This document shows positions 46,877 to 55,200 of a stretch of DNA of 64,000 bases, piece by piece. Origin of the DNA: a virus; IMG/VR virus record IMGVR_UViG_3300042731_011014, positions 96,001-160,000 of that record; one strand, written 5' to 3'. Both the position numbers and the translations under genes were made by a program. Numbering within the stretch: position 1 is the first letter of the stretch; the number at the start of each line of letters is the position of its first letter. The notes under the pieces were generated by a model. The model was not told the DNA's origin. It saw only the letters and a program-made list of their open reading frames with translations, and searched no databases.

Positions 46877-48358
46877 CTATGGCAGGTTAGAACAAGTGAT
46901 TAAACCATAGTACTTATTGTTAACTAATTTTTTCGCGTAGCGTGTCCGCATCCCCTTCCTGAAGTTTTGGTCATCAGGGTCGAGGAATGTTGGAGTAACC
47001 TGTAAGGGCACATAAGGCGCATACACCATTCCTGAATCCAAGAATGTTGGTCCCTTTAGGCCTATCATGATTTGATCATCTGGGAATAGTGGATCAACAT
47101 AAACAGTCCATCGGTTTTGTAACACGCCTAGGCCATATACACCGAATCCTGACGGCGACGTTGGAGGTTGAGGTGCGGGTTGACCAAGGGTCCCTTGACC
47201 AGCCGGCATACTTCCACCATCAAAAACTGATTTAAAGCTACCATGAGTCTCCATGGCGCTAAACAAGGATGCAGCCCGAGTGCTTGTAACAATCCAATTA
47301 CCCGGACCACGCAAGGTTTGCTTACCGACTTCCTGGGAAACCTTGGCAATCTTGGTTAAAAGAGTCATGTAATGCTCTACTGGGCTATAGCTTAAACCAG
47401 ACACATCCGCATCAAACGATTCCTTGTTTGTACCAGCGGCAGCACCTAAATACATGTCCATAATTAGCTCACGGTCGATTTCCAGAGCCAGTTCTGATGC
47501 TACACCACCAACTAACTCCCCTTCAGCGTCCATACCGTGTATGGCTTTTAAATCATCGGCAGCTTCAGCGCTCCACAAGAATTTCAGCTTCCGGCTACTT
47601 ACCTTGATTGGGTCAAGGCCGATATCCAAATAGACTTGAGGCACGGTAACATTTGCCCCTTCCATATCGAAAAAGTAGTTAGCGTAGATAGGAGCTTTGT
47701 CATCTACATTACCATCCCAGGTAATATCATAGGCACCATCCGAGTAAGTAATCGTTGATGCTGCACCAGTATCACCAGCTAAATCCCCACTTCCGTCGGG
47801 ATCATAGATTCTTTTGGCTGCGGTTCCAACCAGGGTTGTAAACTCAAGACCAACTTGGGCTTGCGGACATGAAATAAAAGGTTTTACAGGTGTCCATGAA
47901 AGGTTACCAGTGTAATTCGCTGTCGCACCATTACCGGTCGCGATAACTTCGTGATAGATATACTCTGAAGAATAATACCTGTCGAAGTTCTCGATCATAT
48001 TGTCGCCAGCTGTAATTGTTCCCTTGGAGGTACCGTATTTGTACTCCCAAGTGAAAATGCCTCCTATAGGGCCAGTCATTGGTTGTATAGAAACGAGATT
48101 GTTAGCAATTAAGTTCGGCCATACCCTACGAATCATAGGGAAGACGAACTTCACGAAATCAGCGAAGTTACCTGTGGTTGTATTTTCACTGAGGTTTCGG
48201 ACATGCTGCATTTGATTTTCGAATAAAATAGCCGTGGCTGCCCTACGATAGGGTTCATGGATACCTTCTAAAAGGGGTGCCCATTTTTTAGTTACAGCTG
48301 CGACAAAACTCTTATTTTGAATTGAACGGGTTTCGTTCATTATTTCTCTGGCTTCCAT
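46877..48358 (-). CDS. gp23: Major capsid protein (T4 gp23-like)
   Basis: FPMIRRVWPNLIANNLVSIQPMTGPIGGIF; SRKLKFLWSAEAADDLKAIHGMDAEGEL; YAPYVPL; TRYA. Confidence 0.97.
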   Translation of the reverse strand: MEAREIMNETRSIQNKSFVAAVTKKWAPLLEGIHEPYRRAATAILFENQMQHVRNLSENTTTGNFADFVKFVFPMIRRVWPNLIANNLVSIQPMTGPIGGIFTWEYKYGTSKGTITAGDNMIENFDRYYSSEYIYHEVIATGNGATANYTGNLSWTPVKPFISCPQAQVGLEFTTLVGTAAKRIYDPDGSGDLAGDTGAASTITYSDGAYDITWDGNVDDKAPIYANYFFDMEGANVTVPQVYLDIGLDPIKVSSRKLKFLWSAEAADDLKAIHGMDAEGELVGGVASELALEIDRELIMDMYLGAAAGTNKESFDADVSGLSYSPVEHYMTLLTKIAKVSQEVGKQTLRGPGNWIVTSTRAASLFSAMETHGSFKSVFDGGSMPAGQGTLGQPAPQPPTSPSGFGVYGLGVLQNRWTVYVDPLFPDDQIMIGLKGPTFLDSGMVYAPYVPLQVTPTFLDPDDQNFRKGMRTRYAKKLVNNKYYGLITCSNLP

Positions 48359-48409
48359 TAGTTTCCTCCAAAAATAATCAAAAAATTAGAAAGTTCTAAT
48401 TTTTCTTAC

Positions 48410-50014
48410 TTATTCTTTTTTAATTCCTGACAGATCAACTAAAGTATCTATTCCTATTCCAAACAAATCGCCTTCATCCAGCTTTTTTGCTCGGGTATCC
48501 GAATCTATGGAAGTATCATTTCTCCCCTTACGAAGAGATCTAGTGATACTATTATACTCTTCACTTACAGGATTATTATCATCGTATTCATCAATGATAT
48601 CATTAATCTCTTGCTGATTATTTGCAGCACCGTTCGAAATTGCACCCTCAATAATTTTGCGAACCCTTAATTTGTGCGGGTGATCCGAAATCTTGCGCTC
48701 CACATAAAGTTGCAATGCAAGCTGTCGAGCTGCTATATGAGCCTCAGTTACACTCTGTGATAATTTGTCATTATCATCTTTGAGCTTCTGAACTTCCTCA
48801 GTAACAGCACGTTCGGCCTCCGATTGCTTCTTTACCTTGTTGATAACCAATCTGACTGATTCCTCAAGCTCACTGATTGATTTAAACCTCATTATGTCGC
48901 CAATGTTATTTTTGACAACTTCAAGATTCTCATCAATCTCATTAACTATATTAGTCAAATGATGTTCAAATCCAATCCGCTTTGCAACGTTCATGTAATC
49001 GTCACGTTCTTTCTCAAGAGCCTCAACTTTTTCCTTGAGTTCACTGCTAACTTTCTTAAGTTGTTCCTTAAGATCTGAGATCTCCTTTTCTCTTTGACTA
49101 ACGAGATCGTTAACATCCTCAGGTAAAAGATAAGGAATGAGTTTTTTTGCAATATCTTCCAGTGTTACTTTGGCTCCAGCTACACCAGGATCACTTAGTA
49201 GCTCGCCGCGCACTTCTTCCTTTGCTTCACTCTTTATCGTCCCTACTTTATCTTCAAGCTTCTTTGCAAAATCCTGCTTAAGATTGTCTTCTATTTCCTT
49301 TTTAAGCTCTTCCTTTGTCTTATTGCTCTGCTTTTCGATTTCTTCCTTTGTTTCCTTCACTGCCATTGAGACAATGTTGTTATATAATTCAGGATATTTC
49401 TTTCTAAATTCCTCAATTGTCATGTCTGAATCTCCATCACCCTCTTGGGTCTGATTATGTTTTTGTTCGTTTACACCAGTAACATTGTCATCGCTGCTAG
49501 TTTCCTCTTTAAAATCAGGATACGAATTCACCGCAGCTGGATCTGCAACGAAATCAAATGTTATTAGGTTATAATCCTCTTGTACAATGTCATTGCCAGA
49601 CCCATCAGGTCTAGTGGTGCCCCAACCTCTGCTAGAAACTCCGACCTTGCCGCCAGACCCAACAATAGCCTTAAGTTCCTTGCCCTTAGAGGTATCCATA
49701 ACCAGTGCTTCACCATAAATTTCACCATTTGGTTTCATTTGAAGCTTAGTGATTCTATGACTTGATCGAGATAGTTTTGTTTTACCATCCCCAGGATGAT
49801 CGAGTTCACCATAAACAGTATTTTCTTTAATAGCGCTTTGCTTTTTATGTACCTCACGCTCCATTAATTTGCGCTTGTACACTCTCTTATTTGCTGTAGG
49901 CGTATCACTTAAGCCAAATCTACCTTTAGCTATTAATCTGGTATTACCAGCGGATTCCTCAAGAACATTAATGCTGACATTGGACCATTCATCAATTAGT
50001 AAGACCTTATCCAT
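48410..50014 (-). CDS. gp21: Prohead protease (gp21-like) fused to a scaffold-like coiled coil
   Basis: NKRVY, GELDHP, SHRI, GVSSRGWG and FDFVADP, followed by about 350 aa of charged helix. Confidence 0.9.
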   Translation of the reverse strand: MDKVLLIDEWSNVSINVLEESAGNTRLIAKGRFGLSDTPTANKRVYKRKLMEREVHKKQSAIKENTVYGELDHPGDGKTKLSRSSHRITKLQMKPNGEIYGEALVMDTSKGKELKAIVGSGGKVGVSSRGWGTTRPDGSGNDIVQEDYNLITFDFVADPAAVNSYPDFKEETSSDDNVTGVNEQKHNQTQEGDGDSDMTIEEFRKKYPELYNNIVSMAVKETKEEIEKQSNKTKEELKKEIEDNLKQDFAKKLEDKVGTIKSEAKEEVRGELLSDPGVAGAKVTLEDIAKKLIPYLLPEDVNDLVSQREKEISDLKEQLKKVSSELKEKVEALEKERDDYMNVAKRIGFEHHLTNIVNEIDENLEVVKNNIGDIMRFKSISELEESVRLVINKVKKQSEAERAVTEEVQKLKDDNDKLSQSVTEAHIAARQLALQLYVERKISDHPHKLRVRKIIEGAISNGAANNQQEINDIIDEYDDNNPVSEEYNSITRSLRKGRNDTSIDSDTRAKKLDEGDLFGIGIDTLVDLSGIKKE

Positions 50015-50025
50015 ATTAAAGTCCT

Positions 50026-50838
50026 TTACTCGTCATCTCCTAAAAAAACCTCTGGTAACTCAATCTCGTCATTTTCACCCTCTTCGAGATCTTCTTGGAT
50101 GCTTTTGTGTACATTAACAGCTTCACTTAGTACCTGAGTGATAATATGCACGCCAAAATCAAGCTCTAGTGACATATCTTCGGTTAGCTCCTCATCGTGG
50201 ATATTTTCCAATGCAGATTCGGCCATTGCGCCAGTTGTCATTAGTTCATCAATTAGCTCTTCAAGGGCTTCGTGTTCTTCGTATTCTTCGAATGACTCGA
50301 TTAGTGTAAGAGCTAAATATCTAGCGCCATCTAAAAACTCCACATATTCTTCATGGGTCCCTTGCGGATCGTGAATCTGCTCAAGCAGAGAAATGGAATT
50401 GTTAAGATGATCCATGGCAGTATTTTCGCCAAAGCCCCTTCTTTTGAGTTTTTTTCTGGCGATCTTTGCTTTTATCTTTGATGATGCTTTCTTCCAATAT
50501 TTTTTAGCCAAGGCCTTCATTTTGGCCGTAACCTTCTTAAAAAATACCTTGCCGCCTTTCATAACTCTATGGAAGCCTTTTTTGTGGCGACCTTTTTTTC
50601 TCTTTTTTCCAATTGCAGTAAGCTTCTTAAGTAGACCTTCGTCTAGATCAAACTCATCATCGAAGTCTTCGCTTTCGTCTTCGTTTTCATTTTCTAGATC
50701 TAAATCTGTGTCTTCTATATTGTCATCTTCGTTTAGGTTAAAAGTTTCCTCTCCTAAATTTCTTTTTTCGCCTCTTGTATTTAGCAGCGTAAGATCTTCT
50801 TCAAGCGCATTTAGTGAAAAAAATCGTCTATCTATCAT
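50026..50838 (-). CDS. Putative prohead core protein (gp67/gp68-like composition)
   Basis: Acidic ends around a central Lys-rich block; between the portal and protease genes. Confidence 0.45.
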   Translation of the reverse strand: MIDRRFFSLNALEEDLTLLNTRGEKRNLGEETFNLNEDDNIEDTDLDLENENEDESEDFDDEFDLDEGLLKKLTAIGKKRKKGRHKKGFHRVMKGGKVFFKKVTAKMKALAKKYWKKASSKIKAKIARKKLKRRGFGENTAMDHLNNSISLLEQIHDPQGTHEEYVEFLDGARYLALTLIESFEEYEEHEALEELIDELMTTGAMAESALENIHDEELTEDMSLELDFGVHIITQVLSEAVNVHKSIQEDLEEGENDEIELPEVFLGDDE

Positions 50839-50856
50839 TTTTATACCTCCAAAGAA

Positions 50857-52143
50857 TTATGAATTTTTTTCTAAAGCTTTACTAACAAGTTTCGTTGCAA
50901 GCTCATAGTCAACTAGGTTTTTTGCAAATTCATCAAAGACCAATCCAAGGCAAGGAATACACCCATCACTCTCGATTACCACTTCTTTTATACCATTACT
51001 GAGATCTGCCAAGTCATCTTTTAAGTCTTTAATAAAAATGTTAAATTCCTTTATTGCCTTATCAGACTTAAGATCTCGAAACACATGATCTCTTTTCTGG
51101 TATTCATCATGATATTTTGATATGTTCTCTTTTAGATTATTTACTCTAGATACTAAATTATCTATATCTTGCTCAATCGTTTGGGATGCTTCGGCAAGTT
51201 TTTCGTCGCTAATATTTTTAGAATACAAATGGCGATATTTTGATTTCAATGATTCTTCTTTTATTTTTCCAATATCGCCATAAAGAACTTTTGCTACAGT
51301 CTCTTTATTGTCTCTTAAAAATTCTTTCCACTTCTTATTTGTCGGAAATACTTTTTTAAGTGACGATACGACCCTGTCAAAACTCTCAATTAGGATGGAT
51401 TCCTTGTCTGGAACAGACCTTATAAGCTTACGCATATTGTCTTTAAAAAGACTATCATCCCCTTCTATCAGACCCTCAACAGCACTATTTATTACTTCGT
51501 TTGAATCTTCCTCATAAACAGCAATATTGGCGTCCGCGACCTCGTTAAATTCAACACTATTATCAGAGCAACTAAATCGTGCTCTGTAGAACTTACCATC
51601 ACTATTTGCGACTACAACATAATCTTTAAATGTTGCTATTGGTTTCGCAAATCCTTCGGTAAACTCAATCTCTATATCACCCGATCCCTCAAGAGAATCT
51701 GCGGACATTGACACAATCTTATCCTTACTGGGACCATCAAGCATTTTGACGTCATAGGCAACAGGGGTCCCAAATATTCCAAGGTTCACCTTGATAATTT
51801 TACCCTTATGTTTGCCTTTTTTTACATCAATATCAACCTCTGTAACTATCGAACTATTGTCACATGTGATACTTTCAATCACTTGTTTGTTATTATCTAA
51901 AAGATCGGCTTCGTAAATTCTTCCATCTTCATCACTGCTCACAATGCCAGTGATACGACCGCGCCTATCTAGAATAAAAACTTCCTTCCCAACAATTTTA
52001 TCTTCTTTTAGTCCAAATTTTGTTCTGTTGTTTTCTACAGCGTATCTTACTTTTTGAAGCAAGTTTTCGTAAGAACCTTCCATCAGTTTATCTATTATTC
52101 TGGTAGGTACGTATTTACTCTTTGATTCTGTATCGTTAGCCAT
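50857..52143 (-). CDS. Hypothetical head-region protein
   Basis: 428 aa immediately downstream of the portal. Confidence 0.6.
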   Translation of the reverse strand: MANDTESKSKYVPTRIIDKLMEGSYENLLQKVRYAVENNRTKFGLKEDKIVGKEVFILDRRGRITGIVSSDEDGRIYEADLLDNNKQVIESITCDNSSIVTEVDIDVKKGKHKGKIIKVNLGIFGTPVAYDVKMLDGPSKDKIVSMSADSLEGSGDIEIEFTEGFAKPIATFKDYVVVANSDGKFYRARFSCSDNSVEFNEVADANIAVYEEDSNEVINSAVEGLIEGDDSLFKDNMRKLIRSVPDKESILIESFDRVVSSLKKVFPTNKKWKEFLRDNKETVAKVLYGDIGKIKEESLKSKYRHLYSKNISDEKLAEASQTIEQDIDNLVSRVNNLKENISKYHDEYQKRDHVFRDLKSDKAIKEFNIFIKDLKDDLADLSNGIKEVVIESDGCIPCLGLVFDEFAKNLVDYELATKLVSKALEKNS

Positions 52144-52254
52144 GCCTTTTCTCCGATTGTAAAAATCTCAGCTTGTCAAGCTGAAACTATACTATCTAAC
52201 TCATATTAACATGCAAAAATCTTTTATCAATATTTACTTTAACTTACTTCTATC

Positions 52255-55200
52255 TTATGCTACTTTTTTGTAGCTGATAGCTTCCTTAATCTCGCGCATG
52301 AGGATCCTTAGTTCTCTAACACCTTTATTGAGTTCTTTGTTTGAATTAATAATATTTAAAACCTGGTCTTTTGACACATTCTTATCTCTGCCTGAAGTAA
52401 GTCTTCTTTCAAATCTGCGTCTTAATTGCTTTTTAACAACTTGAAGGTCCTCTTGAGGAACGTTTTCTGCTGGCTTTTCGGCCGGCAATTGTCCACTCAT
52501 TGATATTTTAGATCTGATTTTATCTTGCCTACCTTCAATTGATGCCATTCTTATAGCATCCTCAACACGATGATCTAAGATATCCTCAATTTCTGAGTTA
52601 GTCATGCCGAAAATGTTTTCCATAATCCATCGTTGTGATACCCATTGTTGCATAGAATCGGCTAACTGTGCTCTTTGATTTCTCACTTCCATTTGGGCCA
52701 TTTCAAAAACAGCGCTCGGGACTGTCATCATGACATTAAAATTAACAGATGATGGGTCAAGGCCTTTAGCCGCAAGATGGACACGTCCAATTTGATGGAA
52801 TCCAGTTTTAAGGACCCTTTGGACCCTCAGTATTGTACGCGCAAATCTAACATCTTCCTGGGAATTATGAACAAAAACTCCGCATTCCGTAGCAAAATTA
52901 TGATAACCATCAACAGTCATATCATAAGTATCAATAACAGGGCCTTCTCTAACTTCAACAACCTTATGATTTCTCCCCTTTTTTATCGCGGTAGCAGTAG
53001 ACCTACTCATGTACTTCAGCATGTACTCATGTGCAAAATCTGCGTACTTGATGCCATTTTCTGAAAAAATCCTATTAAGTAAACACTCACTATATCCGGA
53101 CCACTTAATAAGCTCTTTTTTACTTTTACATCTATAACTTTTTGCAACTTCTATTAGATGTTCAATATTTGCATCAGCACCTGGACTATAAACCTGCTCG
53201 TAATCTTTTAACTTTTGTGCCCTACCAATACCAGAAGCATTTCTCCTATATAGAGGCATTAGTGAATCCTCAGGTTTTAAATCTATTGCTTCTCTATAAG
53301 ATCCGTCTCTCATCATAATAGGATGATCTGGCGTACAAGTTAAAATCTCCCCGTTATCAAGAACAACTTCCACTGTTCTGGTTTTTTTCTTAGTTAAACG
53401 AGCATTTTTTGCTAGACCAGGTACAATATGACCATCATCATTACAAGAGTAAACCCAAAATGGCTTGCTTCTTTTTGAAAGATTCTCAATTGTTTCAGAT
53501 GTTCCATCCAATAAAGGAATCATTGTATTGCCAGCTAAACACAAGGTGGCTCGTGATATTGTTTCCTCATACCCAAGGTAAGCCCTAGGAACTTTTATTG
53601 CTGCATACAATTTCATTCTAAAATAATCAACGTCATCAATTCCCTGGTACATACTACCCTGAAGCATGTCAATCCGCGTACTATCTTTTCCACTACGTGT
53701 TGGAATCCAGAAATCCTCATCTTGAGAATTCTTTATGAAAATACCAGCCGTTAACGCAAAATTATGATATTTTTCAACAGTTAAAGTATAAGTATCTTCA
53801 CACTGTTCAATGTATTTAACTGAAACGACTTTATGATTATTCGATGATGCCCATTTTTTAAAAGATTTGAAATTGTCAAAACCTTTTTCCCTATACATTT
53901 TTAACATTAAATGTCTATGAACTTTCTTTGACAAATTTTCCTGTTTAAATAAATCAATCAATCTGGAATTATTGACATAATTTACAACATCTTCTGCGCT
54001 AACATTTAAATTGTTGGCCACATATGATTGAACGCCAACGAAAAAATCATCAGAAAACTTAATTTTTCTTTTTTCAGAAAAAGCTACTCTGTTTTCCTCG
54101 TTTTCCCAAAATTTCTTTTTATTTTCTGACCGCTTAACATTGTCTTGCTCATGTTTACATGAATTATTATAAGCTATTATGTACTTTTCTATCTTATTCC
54201 AAGCTGAAATATTTGCAGATGACACCTTTTTTAGTTTTTTATCCAAAACAGGATCGGATAACCTTATCTGAGACATAATATGACCAATATTATGACCATT
54301 ATCACGATGTATTATACTATGTTCGCTTTTTTTCATAAAAGACAAATTATCGGGAGAATTATCAGTTTTTATAAAATTTTCATGATGAGTTACACCATTT
54401 TGCTTCAATTCATCTCTAACCATACGATGGGTGTAAATATATTTTTTTGTTTTTGGATCATAAACCATCTCGTACCCATCTATTGAATAACCCTTATCCT
54501 TTGACGAAATAAGAGTTTTGTATGGCATAAGAGAATCACCAGATTTTAAATATCTTGCTTCACAATATTTCCCATCTCTTTTTATAAATTTATGATCTGG
54601 GGTAGTCCTAATTGTTTCACCATTATCAAGAGTTACCTCAACAAGTTGTGCCATTTTTCGGGTTTTTCCTGCCCAAACTATTTTTCCTGGAACAATTTTC
54701 CCACTATCAGATCTATCAACAGAATATACCCAGTTCTCTTTTCCTCTGTTGAATTCGCCAACAAGGTTAACTATTGGGATATCTCTGCCATCAAGTAACG
54801 CTATTTTTGTATCACCGGTCAAACAAAGAGGATTGTACTTCATATTCAAAGTACCATCTGAGTTGACAAACTTGCGTTTTTTAAACTCATTTCGCATTTG
54901 TCTGACATGAGCGGTCGCCTCATCGGCATCCATGTCACCCGTATCAACGTAGAAAGCAAACCTTGTAGGAGCCCTGGTAAGTCGGTAAACAAGCATCGCA
55001 TCCTCAAGGAGAACTAATCGTTTCCAGATCCATCTTGCGGGCTCGAGCACGCTATTGTGAACAACAATACCATCTGAAACAAAGCAATGTCCGTCATCAG
55101 CAACTTCTATGTCATAAACCTTTTCAATAATACTTGGTTCTTTAGAAACTATTTTTTCTGAAAAAAAATCATTATCAGAAATATTTTCTCTAAAGAATGA

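Noticed and set aside
52180-52235. Candidate promoter between the portal and the next gene
   Set aside because: Only weak -35/-10 pairs with 16- or 19-nt spacing
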